Of a stretch of DNA of 62,911 nucleotides, positions 27,801 through 39,855 are shown piece by piece. Numbering within the stretch: position 1 is the stretch's first letter; every line of letters starts with the position of its first letter. Both the position numbers and the translations under genes were made by a program. Source of the stretch: Mizuhopecten yessoensis (taxonomy: Eukaryota). Below the pieces are notes generated by a model. The model did no database searches, was not told the origin of the DNA, and saw only the letters and a list, made by a program, of their open reading frames with translations. Where the stretch lies: the NCBI RefSeq assembly GCF_002113885.1, contig NW_018405437.1, positions 228,872 to 291,782 of the forward strand, written 5' to 3'.

Positions 27801-30800
27801 TCTAACTTTTCTATCAATCCTTCCAAAAGATGCCCAATATCAACTGGAATTCCTTAGACCAAAGATAACTGAAAGTTTATCGAATGGCTAGACAACAATA
27901 TACTTACAGTAGGTTTGTATGTGAAATTAGTACTGGCATTTTCGTAATGTACAATGTACGATGGAAGGATGTGATTGCCGTTGAATATAACTAACTCCAT
28001 TTTGTCTGGCGAAGTGTGAGAATCATGTCCCTTCTGGAGGGCGGACCCGTGGATGAGTTTGGTACACTGGAAAACCTTCCCAGGTAGGACCTGACACAGC
28101 AGTAGTTTGGTAGCCCCATGGATGTAGCTCATTGAATATGATGGAAACTCACTGAAGTATACACCTTTTCCATAATATCCTGTGTCAGTCTTGTGAGTAA
28201 AACCAGTGTCTCCTGTCAAACACATCTTATCAGTAAATCCTATATGAACATCTAGTTTTTCATCTACAACCTTTTTTTCTTTCAAATCCTTTTCTGTTAA
28301 AGTCTTTTGAGATAAATGTCACCATATTAAAAATACTCCTGAAGTTAAAAACATTGACAACTTTTCCGATTCAGTTTCCAACAAGCATTTGGTTATAATG
28401 TTTTATTTAATGTGCCTTATTAAAGTAGTTTACTAGGTTAAAAAGATGTAGTATTTTTGTTATTCTGTATTAAAATTAAAAACATTACAAAAAGTTACAG
28501 AAAGGTGCAGTACCTGGCACTTTGAATCCAGTCTCACAGATAGGTTTAATGTTTTTCATATCTGTCCCATGAAAGGCTAGGACTGGGAAGGACTTGTCTG
28601 CCCCTCGATGCTTTTTCAAATCCTCACGGGCAGATCTGAAAGTGAAGGTCAGATTAATACCAATAAGATCTAGTCAATTTCACAGATAATACAGATGATA
28701 TTGAACGAGGGATGATATATTAAGATATATATCTACTTAATGTGATTTAATGTTTCAAATTAAACTGGTGCCCATAAGACTGCTCTAATATTTTGAATAT
28801 TCTTCTGTTCAAATGATTTGTCAATTCCTGGCCCATATACAGTATAGTTTATGAACAACTTAGGTTGACCTTTGACCTACAGTGCTTTTTGTGGATACTT
28901 ACTTGAATTTTTTCACTAAGTTGGGATTAACTGCATAATCTACCTTGCTGACACGATATCTGAAACAGAAAATAATTTATCTTTGGTGAAAAATTGTCAA
29001 AAAAAATAATTTATGATTGGACAACTGGGTCAAGTTTATAAGATAAATCTGATTTTACTGGCAACCAATACAATCCATTATGTGAAACAATGCTCTTCTA
29101 TTTCACATACTGTATAACACGAAATGTTTGTAGATACTTTCCTTCGTGGTTTGAAGCCATTTAGATCATTTCGTGGTACAAACTTTCGTGGATATCCTAT
29201 ATTAACAAACATTTCACACATATATCATTCAAATTTGTTGTGTTCATTTTCGTGGTTCAATAGCAACCAGGAAAACCAAGAATGTTTATCAGTTTTCCTT
29301 TCGGTACGGTCGAATGTTGACATACCAATATGCAGTGATACATATCACTTTAATGAATGTTGTGTGAATAGTAATAATAAACTGTTAGCAATAAAACTCA
29401 CCTCTAGTATTTAGACATTCTGCAATATACTAAGCCTATCTTTTAGTATTTAATTCAACATCATACAAAGACATATAAACGGTAATTGCCTGTTTATGTG
29501 CCTGGTGTAAGCATGCATCAGACTTACCCTACACTGGGGCCACTAAGGAGTCGGTAAAACTGAGACTCTGCAAGTCGGAAATGAGTTTGGTCAGCAGACC
29601 CTTCCTTGTAGGATCGTTCAGCCTGCAGTGTGAAGTACACAGTCTTTTTCCCTTCCAAGGCTTCCTTCTCTCCCTCCACCAGCAGCAAACCTGTACTGAC
29701 CTAGGGTCAAGTTAGTATACAGACAAATATATCATTAAGATCAATACAATACATTGCATAACAAATTACTGTTAATCAAATTATATGTACTCCTACAATT
29801 ATTTCCTGATTTCAAAAACAAAATTTTGAGACAAATAATCAATCCTCCTGTCCCTCCACCAATAGCAAACCTGTACTGACCAACATGTAGGGTCAAGTTT
29901 GTATACAGACAAATATATCAGTGGCTATTAAGATCAATACAGTACATTACAATGTTTCCCTGATTTTAAAATTTTGGGACATATAATCAATGATCTCTAA
30001 AACACTTGTAGCGATTAACTTTTTTCTTGTTCTTTGTGTATTGGTACATGCTTACAAATTTCATCTGAACAATGTCATCAGGTTATCAGGCAGAAAAGTA
30101 TGTGATGATAGAAGGACAGCCAGAGCTATCCCAACCAGCACACTTTTTTTCAGGATTATAAAAACAGCTTATCGTATATGGTGTAATATATAACGCTCAG
30201 CAGATTATACCTGATCTTGAAGCTTCTGAAGTTTCTTGTCTTTACTTTTCATCTCATCCTGTGTTTCTTTGAGTTCTTTCTGAAGCTTCAGTTTGGCTTC
30301 AAATGCCTTCTTGATGAGCTCTTTCCTCTCTGCCTCCGACATCTTTGAGTAACTCTTCACCAGTGACATGCCCCTCTTTAAAATGTCATCTGTCTTCACC
30401 TCACCTTTCTTACCCTAGGAAAATAAGAAACAGTATAGATAATATATGTAATCTTTTTCCATGAGGATTCATGGTCAGTCTTGATTGAGGTCAAGAAAAA
30501 GTAAATAGCTGTATTCCTCTACATTTATATATTTATAATTACATACAAGAATAAAATAGGCAGGTTCAGGTATAATACTTTTTATTTTATTGCAGTATAT
30601 TTACTGCATCGATAAAGATCTAAGTAAATCTGATTAAGATATAATAATTGATCCTTTTTTGAAGAATCCAACTAAGCAGTCCACACATGAGTATGTATGG
30701 CTAGATGAGGCCCTGACAGTTGTGGCAGTACTAGCGGTAATGATTCACATTATAATAATTTTTAATATTGATCACAACTGATTTAATCATACAAAATTTC

Positions 30801-32496
30801 CATTTGCATTGTATATCTAAATTTACCCGAACCACCAAGTGAATCAATTCACAATCAGTTTTACTTCATACATTTTGTTTACATACAGAAAAATTATCAT
30901 TGAAATTGTGCCTTTCGATAAGGGTATCCAGCTTATACTGGCACTGCTGGGAGGGAAAAGGAGTTGGGGTTGGGGGCATACCCCTGTTATCCGAATCACT
31001 TAATTACCCTCCAAATGTCCAAAGCTGATCTAATGTCCTTCTGGTCGATCGGCCTCTAAACCATAATACAATGTAGAAAATATACTAAGAAATGAAAAAT
31101 TTAACCGTATTATTAGTACTGTTACAGAAAAGAGAGTAGTGTGCTTCATTTGGGGATCAAACCATCCCAGTGACCTCCCAGTCCACTGCTCTACTGATAG
31201 AGCTAAAGTGGAATATTCCTTTAGTGTGGAGCTGGAAGGCGACTGTAATCCTGTGTACTATTGAAATCTACCACACTACTGCCCCCTTCTTTAAATATGT
31301 TCGTCCTCGAACGCCACAACAACCCGGTTGCTAACTCTCTGTCACCACAAGGAGGCCACAGACACCGTTTGTAACAGAGACCGAGTCTAGTGTGTGTTAC
31401 TGTTTCCACTGTCAGGATCGAACCAGTGACCCCAAGCTTGCCAGTCTGCTGATCTGCTGATTTAGCTTAAGAGAAAGTTCTTGTGGCACGAACCCAAATC
31501 TAGAATGCGACCGTTTTTCTATATACAATTAAAATCTGCCAAAGTAGAACATAAATTATATATGTATATGTACTACAAAGCAGATCAAACTGGTCGATTG
31601 TTGTCGACTAGGTATCTCAATTGGTAGAGCCTCCGTCTAGGGTTTGGAGGTCCCCGATTCAAACCCTGGTCAGGCTGTTCATAATTCCATCTCCTTTTAC
31701 ATTTGGTGCCTGTGACCAATCCTTGTTTCAAATACTAGGTCAATGCTCCACAAGGGGATACCCTACCCTGGATTGTAATTCCATTTTAGTGATGTCTTCG
31801 GGGGTTAGGACTCCCAGGTAGGAATGTAACATAACTGGACTGTGGCGATCATTGGCATGCATTTTACCGCTCCTGTTACATACAAGTGTGTAATTGTTCA
31901 CAGGATTATGACCGCCTTCTAGCTTCGAGCTAGAGGGAATTTCCCTTCAGGTCAGTGGTAGATAGAGCGTCCGACTAGGAACCTTGCTATGGGTCGCGGG
32001 TTCGATCCCTGGTGGAAGCACACTATTTTGTTGACAAGTTGATACATCACCTATAAAGCTTAATTATTTCTTATTAAACTTCTAATTATGTCCTGTGTTT
32101 CATCGATCTACTTTCACTTTAAAGCGAGGTTATGTCAAAACTTACTTTCTTTTCATCCTCCGAATCAGAAAGTTCGTCCGTATCACTGTCATCGTCGTTT
32201 TTTATCTTCGATACTACTGTTGTAGGATGAGTAAATTCTGCGAAATGTAACAGGTTTTTCCTATAACAAGATGCCCCATATTTACAGAATGGAAGGTTAG
32301 ACGAGTCGATGGTAGATAACGCATCAGTTCTCGAAGCCGAAACTTTTGATCCACTGCTTCCTGCCACCTCGCCATCATCTTTGGTATCGTGCCTGAAATC
32401 TTTTAAATGCTGTGGATGTTTTCGATAGCATCTGGCACCATAAGGACAAACAGGCAAAGTAGAGGCGGTCTTCGCTTTCTTAGCAAGCGAAGCCAT
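21874..32496 (-). CDS. PARP-family ADP-ribosyltransferase: 2x PBZ zinc finger, acidic patch, coiled coil, PARP catalytic domain (H-Y-E), C-terminal BRCT-like domain; 10 exons, ~519 aa
   Basis: Exons: 32496-32146, 30414-30211, 29700-29528, 28959-28903, 28635-28514, 28212-27908, 27213-27137, 25093-24999, 24254-24166, 21960-21874 (TAG). All GT-AG, phases consistent, total 1560 nt. PBZ motifs: CPYGARCYRKHPQHLKDFRH and CKYGASCYRKNLLHFAEFTH. PARP signature: LAFHGT...GF...GYYGKGVYFSE..SYSMSY...LLLCQVLPG...MELVIF...ILPSYIVHY. BRCT-like tail: FKHEQIMFSG...ELVKMHG...ILVAT...KVQQAVRKGLPVVGELFVYDCIKARKL...Y. Confidence 0.92.
22400..23950 (+). mobile_element. Decayed non-LTR retrotransposon RT (HERO-like) in the last PARP intron
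   Basis: Broken frames give FVKDPF, KEKDSKTIDQFRT, FAGCVEQTCAIIQLISEAK and KKGNMTVVWL, matching the RT domain 1-3 pattern of HERO-type elements. Many stops and frameshifts; boundaries are approximate. Confidence 0.65.
24395..24520 (+). mobile_element. tRNA-derived SINE, 5' part
   Basis: GGGGCCGCGGTGGCCAAGTGGTTAAG (A box) ... GAGTTCGAGGCC (B box-like); same family as 5670-5882. Confidence 0.75.
25467..26201 (-). mobile_element. Diverged Helentron-like non-autonomous element
   Basis: Internal repeated TTTGGCCC..CCCCT and AAATTGAGTCCCTTTG blocks, a degenerate GGAC microsatellite (26150-26170), and terminal CAGGTGAGCTAA like the ends at 9039-9048 and 48951-48960. Confidence 0.5.
26187..27129. 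repeat. 43-bp minisatellite, ~22 copies, abutting the PARP exon 7 donor
   Basis: Unit CAGGTGAGCTAACATAATGTGTCAAACTTACTACACAGGCGGG; it ends 7 nt from the exon boundary at 27137. Confidence 0.97.
29671..29990. repeat. Imperfect tandem duplication of the PARP exon 3 acceptor region
   Basis: 29671-29842 vs 29851-29990 share TCCCTCCACCA..AGCAAACCTGTACTGACC..AGGGTCAAGTT.GTATACAGACAAATATATCA..TTAAGATCAATACA..ATAATCAA. Confidence 0.85.
31140..32030. mobile_element. Cluster of tRNA-derived SINE fragments in PARP intron 1
   Basis: tRNA-like heads on the plus strand at ~31610-31672 (TCTCAATTGGTAGAGC...GATTCAAACCCTGG) and ~31950-32015 (GATAGAGCG...GGGTTCGATCCCTGG). Minus-strand heads at ~31150-31207 and ~31412-31470. 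Confidence 0.55.
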
Positions 32497-33249
32497 CGTT
32501 TAGATATGCTATTTTTGCTAAGTAGGCATCTGTGAAATGACGTAAGTCGAGTTCGAGTCACAACATGCAAGCGATGCAGCTTGATACGGTGTCGAATAAG
32601 TTAGAATGGAAACATTAAACGCACAAAATAATCCACTAAAATAAAAAAAAAACTCGAAATAAGCAGCCTATGTTATTGTGATAGTTTCGCATTTCATTAT
32701 AATTAAGTTTGAGATTTACACTAAGAGAGATAACTCGTCGAGTGAGGACAAAGTTGGGAATAAACCATACAATTCAGATAGTTTAGAGTTTATTTTGGTG
32801 TCGGTCCTTTTTACTTTGGTGCTGATTACATTATTCATAAATTGGTAATTTCATTTAAATCTAAAGCAAATAGAAACGTAGGTCTCGTATATAAAACCTT
32901 CAGTTGAATAAAGAAATGTTTCTCAACCTCTACTGATAAGGTTTATTAATTATATATAAATCTATTTTGTGTCGTACTGAAATAGCCCTTCACCTCATGA
33001 TGAAGTATATCCCCCTTCTCACATTTCTCTGATAAAACTGTAATATCAGTGGCCGATTTTTTGGGGGCTTATCTGCATTTACAGAGTACAATTTGTGTCA
33101 TGAACATATTTAAAAGACTTTCATTTAATACCAAGGAAGCATTGAGTGACCACGTCCAAGACTTTTGTTCTGAAGCATTTAAAGCTTAAATGCTAAGCAC
33201 TTTAAGCATAAGGTTGCTAGGGAAATAATGGAAAAAACTTCATTAGTTA

Positions 33250-33905
33250 CTCATGTTTTGGAGTAATATTTGAATGTGCAGTTAATTTGGGGATATTTGC
33301 ACTATTGGCGGATAAAAACTGTTAGAATATTGCCGTATGTACAAATGGAAGTTATGAAAATTATTACTAAACTGTATCTCGAAACTAGTATGGAATTGCT
33401 TTTATCTAGACGTCACAAGCATAAGTAAACCATTAAGACGCTTTCAGACTAATACTATCCGTACACTTCAGTTTTCACATGATCAAAATGAAATACCTCT
33501 TGCAAATCTAAAAGTATCGTACAATAGCCGTACACTAATATTGATATGGCTACAAGATGGACAAGACGATATAGTATCGATGGAGTGTTTCGCTGTAAAT
33601 CCTTATAGGGGTGCAAATCAATGATAAATTATTCGTGGAAATGCATGTTTGACACCCACATAAACATTTACTTTTAAAGTTGCCTGAGGGACAGGATGTC
33701 TACAGCAATAGAGGTCATAAACAAAACTCGTAAAGAGAAGATTTCGAACTCAAGCGAGAAAAATATATTTTCAAATCGGGTCGAAGTTTCCCGGAACAAA
33801 CTGACTGCATCAGTGATCTATGCTCCGAACAATGCATGCGTTTAAGTCTAGCCTGAATCGCTCTTGGAAAGTTCACCCAAGGAAATTCAACCCTGCATGC
33901 TATAT
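33250..33905 (+). mobile_element. Old CR1-like LINE 3' remnant
   Basis: FSNRV... and AFKSSLNRSWKVHPRKFNPACY parallel the CR1 ORF2 C-terminus seen at 37288-37527. The upstream part is highly degenerate. Confidence 0.55.
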
Positions 33906-35060
33906 AGAGGAAGATAATAACCAGGAGTTCGTACAAGTAGATGTGCCAATAGACGTAGTCTCTGACTAACAGTTCGACGTCGAATATGACGAGTTAACGG
34001 CGCTAACCCCTTTTTACCGTAGGAGGAAAGAGAAGTGTCTATAACTTTTACATGCTACTGTTATGTGTGTTAACAAAGGTAAGTAGGGATATTCCACTCT
34101 CAGTTCTCTTCCCAACACGACACAGCGTTAGCCTTATTAATTGTTCCTGATCCAGATTATTATTCGAAAATTAGAGCTCAAAAGTTCATGCCCGGTCCCA
34201 GTGAGGGCAGCTCGACTGTTTGATACTGTTGGATATACATGTAGACCTATACCTACAGTAGCTAGTGGGCACATGTGCTTCAACAGGGACAGAACGCAGT
34301 CTTGTAAGTTGACTTATGAATGTATAATATTTTGTATGTGTGTGTCGAATGTACACGATGTGGAGGGGCCTGTCAACAACATCACTATACGTGTCCTCGA
34401 CTGTTACATGATATCCGTGTTGATTGCTGTCATTTATAGTCAGTTTCAATTAAGATACATGCATAGTCAGATTTATAGCAGTACATTGTTATTTTGAGAA
34501 ACAAATTCAATTCAGTTCGCGTTGATACACGTATTTGTAAAGCAGATGTTTGAACATAGGTGTACAGGTGTACATATTACAGTACCACACGTGAGCGGTA
34601 ACACATGTACACTATCATAGGTACATGTAAACATTGATCATATGATATACACTAATAAATTTAAGTGGTTATAGTAGGAGGCATATTTGGCGAAGATGAA
34701 ACCCGAGCCTATTCTATTCATTACCGACCCTTTACTTCAAGTTGTTGGGAGTTTTTTCTTCTCCGTATAAAATGAATATTTCTGAATAAGTAGTGAAACT
34801 TTTCTAAATATAATTTTCTCAATCGTAACGTTCAATAATTATATTCAGGGGATTTATTGTTGTCACTGCACCTGACCGTCGTGTAGGCCACAGGGGTTCG
34901 TTACAAATGTCTGAAATACACATATTATATGGGTATTTATGATGTGACCTACGTATATCAGTATATTATATAGAATATGTGTATATTAAGACGTGTAACG
35001 AACCTCTGTGTGACGGCCATACGTATATGTGGTATTTTATTGTATACCTACATGTACATG

Positions 35061-35249
35061 TATTCCGTCTTTGCGTATTGCAGAGTTTTCTTCTCTTGTG
35101 AGCAGGTATTGATTGTTAGGGCATTGGTTTGTGTGAGAAAATACGTCGTTTTCTCAAAAATTGATGACGTTACTCTCACAGACAAATGACGTAACAATTA
35201 ATACCTGCTCACAAGCGCAGATAACTCTGCAATACGCAAAGACGGAATA
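35061..35249. mobile_element. ~190-bp MITE with long TIRs, copy 1
   Basis: TATTCCGTCTTTGCGTATTGCAGAGTT ... AACTCTGCAATACGCAAAGACGGAATA; TA at both ends. Confidence 0.85.
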
Positions 35250-36554
35250 GCATATTCTTAAACCCTGAATTCGTTTTATGTGTTCTTCGTTCCTTCCGTA
35301 ATCGCATTTTATATATTTAGCTATTCTGTATGTGATTATTTATGAGTTACGAACTTGCAATCGTAATTTAACATTATTTCCTCTATCAACAGGCTGTAGT
35401 TCAGTATTGACATACTTAATGTGTGTATTTGTTGCTTCATATACTAATTAACAAAAGTAAGGAAGGTGTTGTTAATTTTCTCTTACCTAACAAAATGGGT
35501 TGTTTAACTTGTGACACCAGTTATCATTATCTGAACGAGATAAAAGTATGTGAATGTTTTACATTTACAGAGACAGCAGCATGTGTTACACGTACCAGTT
35601 CTTTACGAATCTATATGGTCGTAGGTACAGCTGATCGACGTACGGATCCAACCGCTTTTCCTACCAGCTGCAACGTGTTTAGATGCAAGTCTAGGTTGGG
35701 AAGGAAAGCAAAACGAAATGATGATAATAATGTAGAATTGTAAACACAAGACATTAAGTATCACAAGGGATACCCTAAAATGACCAATTATGCGGTTGAT
35801 TTGATATATCGTAATTCATAAAGAGGAACAAAGAAAAGTGGTTATCAAAAGTCGCGATTGTTACCGTGATATAGCACACAATGTGTATGTGCCGAGTGTG
35901 TCTGTGGTTTCTATGCAATGGCCGGTGTGGGTTGGAGATTAAGGGTCCAGATCTGACCCCAGACCATTCACCCGAACCTTCCGTCGTCGATCAGGCGGAC
36001 ATTCCTTCTGCGGATGTTCCTTCACCACCAGCCTCTCTAGATCACAAATTGGACGCTGCTGGATTTGTCTCATGACAAAGTTCTACTTTAACGTACAATC
36101 TATTATACTTATTTTAATTTTGCACGAAATTTATATTTTTGTAAATGTATATTTTGTATATATGCTGTACAATAAAAAGTTTATTATAATCCATGTCGTA
36201 TTATTATTGTACATTAATTTCTGCCATTTCATCTTCAAATGTTCGTTCAAAATTCTTTTTTATAATACAATAAATTGCATCATTTATTTTTGTTTCAAAA
36301 TGTCTTGAAAATACTTTAATAATAAGCATTCTGAAAAATTTAGTTTTGTTTCAAGAACAAACGAGATCATAGCTGTTCCACTAGGGTGCCACACCGGTAT
36401 ATGGACTAATCTTCTTCTGTTTGGATTCTGGAATAGCTATAATCAATGCTGATGCATGTTGTTGGTGTTTTAGGTCCTGCTACATTGTAATTAGTCAGAA
36501 ATTGGCCGTAATCTTGAATGTATCTTCGATACTCCAGGGGTTATGTCCACTTAA

Positions 36555-38063
36555 GGGCCTATCACACACTACCGATGGACCTCGCCGGGACTAAACCGGA
36601 GCAAAAAATTGACAACGGCCAGAAAATCGGCAGAGCTCCGGTGAGAAAGCACTTGAAAAAAACACCAAAATTGACCGTACCAATACCGTTGAAGTACCGG
36701 CTTTCCCGTTACGATACCGTTGTTCTACCGTTGTCCTACCGATGTAAGAGCCGGTGTGCTACCGAATACCACTTTTTTGTCGTTAGTACATCGGCGGCGC
36801 ATCAGTACTACTTCGGTGGTATTCGGTAGTACTAAGGTACTGTATCACATCGGTATCAGTACGGTACACACTGAGGCCACCGGAGAACCAATCATAAGAG
36901 TGGAACACGAGAAAGACCTAGGTGTCCATATAGACAACCAGCTAAAATTCTCAATCAATGCCAACTCAGCTGCATCAAAAGCAAATAGGATGCTGGGCAT
37001 AGTATTCCGGACCTTTACATACATGAGCCCTGTAATGTTCCTAACTCTATACAAAACGCTGATTAGACCTCATCTGGAATACTCGACAACAGTTACATCA
37101 CCATTTTTGATCCGCGACAAAATTACAATCGAGAACATCCAAAGAAGAGCGACCAAAAGGATTCCAACTCTTAAAAACGTACCATAAGAAGAACGCCTAA
37201 GACAACTCGGACTCCCAACTCTCGAATATAGGAGACATCGAGCTGATGTAATTCAAACCTACAAAATACTAAACAACATGGACATTCTTGACAAGGGCAA
37301 ACTATTTACTGAAGCTGAAGACAACCGAACCAGGGTACTCCAGGAAACTATTCAAAAGACCATGCAGACTAAACAAATATGGTAATTTCTACAGCAACAG
37401 AGGGATAAATCTGTGGAACTCTCTAACAGAGGAGGTAGTAATCTCTCCAACGCTCAACACATTCAAGTCACGGCTCAACAGCCACTGGAAAAATCACCCG
37501 ACAAAATTCAAGCCATCTTTTTATTAGTTACATATATATTTGCAAGTCTAACCAGTCAAAAGTGTACAATGTAACAAATTGACTTTAAAAATCACATGTT
37601 TTAACCATCATATTTTAAAAGGAGAGGAATCAACAGTGGGAGCTGAATACTCCAACCCTACCAGATAAAGAAATGAACCTGTAACTGTAAATAACTATAT
37701 ATATAGCAACCAGAAGTCTAATTAGTACGAGTGTGTACAGCATACATTAGAAGAAAGGACCATCATACATCACCACAAGCTACTAGTTAGCTTACAACGA
37801 TGTCATCTGAGCCGCGAAACTGAGCGAAACCGACGATCTATTACGGGGCGTTACCGGTTCTTTACCGACATTTAACGAAGCCATACCGAAGTACTGCCAT
37901 TATAGTCCCGTTGCTAAAGTTTTCGCCGATGCTCTGGCGATATACTACCGTTCGTAATGATGTGATACCGTTGCGCTGTCGTACTAGTACCGATCCCGGA
38001 AATCGCCAAATTTGTGCTCCGGTATAGCTCCGACGACCAAAATCGGCTAGGTGTGACAGGCCC
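36555..38063. mobile_element. Non-autonomous TIR DNA transposon flanked by TTAA (PIF/Harbinger- or Kolobok-like)
   Basis: Left end TTAA|GGGCCTATCACAC..CTACCGAT; right end ATCGGCTAGGTGTGACAGGCCC|TTAA. The interior is rich in TACCG/CGGTA subterminal motifs on both sides of the nested LINE. Confidence 0.8.
36880..37790 (+). mobile_element. 5'-truncated CR1-type LINE (ORF2 C-terminus + 3' UTR) nested in the TIR element
   Basis: EKDLGVHIDNQLKFS...KANRMLG...LYKTLIRPHLEY...IENIQRRATK...*EERLRQLGLPTLEYRR.RADVIQTYKIL...SNRGINLWNSL...FKSRLNSHW; contains an in-frame stop and frameshifting. Confidence 0.9.
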
Positions 38064-38207
38064 TTAACGTATACCAGATCTTAACCATTGGCTAGCAAAG
38101 ACGTCACGGTTTACATGAAACACTAATTTACATATGAATTACTTGTTGTTGCCAATGGTTGTACCTTGACAATGAGTGTTTTATGACTTCATTAGTCTGT
38201 TGTCTAG

Positions 38208-38396
38208 TATTCCGTCTTTGCGTATTGCATAGGTATCTTCTCTTGTGAGCAGGTATTGATTGTTGCGGCATTGGTTTGTGTGAGTACGTCATCATTTTTT
38301 GAGAAAACGACGTAATTTTCTCACACAAACCAATGACGTAACAATCAATACATGCTCCCAAGAGAAGATAACTCTGCAATACGCAAAGACGGAATA
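38208..38396. mobile_element. ~190-bp MITE, copy 2, in opposite orientation to copy 1
   Basis: Same TIRs as 35061-35249; the central segment is the reverse complement of that in copy 1. Confidence 0.85.
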
Positions 38397-39855
38397 TGGT
38401 TGAGGTATTTACATGTCGTGTTAGCAATGTGCTGAACCAATTTTCATATTTTAGGCGCCAAAAACAGGTTAAACGGACTTGGTTTAAGTTTTTGGCAAGT
38501 TGTTTTGTGCAATGTTGGATCAGCACCATCAATAGGATGTTGTCTATTATAAGTGGAGGTATTGATATGGAGTGTAAGCAATGTGCTGAACCATATTTTC
38601 ATATTTTAAATGGCATTTGTTTCTTTTGGATAAAAATAATAATACATATTACTATGAACATACAATGATACATGAGTAGAGGGAGGGAGTATATACTGGT
38701 ATTCTTGGATAAAAAAAAGAACCAAATGAGGATACTATTACTATCAATATGGTCTAGTAGTACTGTAGTACAAACCAGTCAACTAACATGTGATGCGTCA
38801 TATCAGTGTAGTGTGAATGTGGATCATTCTAAAACAGGGCACACATAAGTACAAGGATGAATGATTTTGCCCAGCAACAGATTCAAGTATATTATAAAAA
38901 AAACAACAGTTACAGGTACATTTTGTATGTATTAAAATGGGTAATGTTATGATTCAAAAATTACACTAAACATGTTTTGAATTAAGGATCACAGAATTTT
39001 TCTTATCATACCGGACTGTTAGTGTTTAAACTGCGCTCCATTGGATAGAATGTCTGCGTGAACTGTCATAATACCAGTCATCCTACCGATCTAATTCCAT
39101 GTCAATCTGAAGAAACGTCCTTCTTTACCGTGATCACACATAGAAAAACCTGAGAGATCATTTAGTTTCTCATTAAGTGGTTATATAGAATGCACTGTCT
39201 ACTTTTCAAATCTGGAGTCAGAATGAAATTATTTTTTCAATGTGTTTTGTGTCATTTGTCTATTTTTACGGTAGATGTGCTTGCCGTATTATCTAGTCGT
39301 TTAAAATGTAATATGTGTAAGTCTTTTGTATATGCGTAGTGTATTTATTTGTTTGTCAGATTACATCTTATACTATTTTAAACAAATTATAGACATATTT
39401 ATAATGTATTTACATTGTATTTGGTGCATTGCAGAAGGAAGATAACTGCCATCAAATTATACAAATGTTATAATGTCATATGAGTGATAACCTGGCACCA
39501 ACTATTCTTCCATTGAAATGAAAGGACCATTATAATTTTCATTTAACGTGTGAACTTCGTCAGTTAAATTGTGGTCGGAATATTTTAATGGTATAACACA
39601 AATAAAAGATTTCTTTCTTGTCTATAAAAAAAAACTTGTAATAATACGAGTATGCAGGTATTTCAGAGAAAATAATCTATCTGTCACCTCACATTTAAGC
39701 TCTGTAAAGGAGTTCATCTCTGCCTGAATACTCTGATGTTGCATGTTATGTATTCATATTTTCATAAACTCTATGTTACTTGGTTGATTTCTTATCTGTA
39801 CTGTGTATGTTTAGTTTCATTGCTGACTGTCCATGTTTAGTTTTACCCAAGGGAC

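Noticed and set aside
31600-32030. tRNA genes
   Set aside because: Only degenerate A/B boxes with no complete cloverleaf; better explained as SINE heads.
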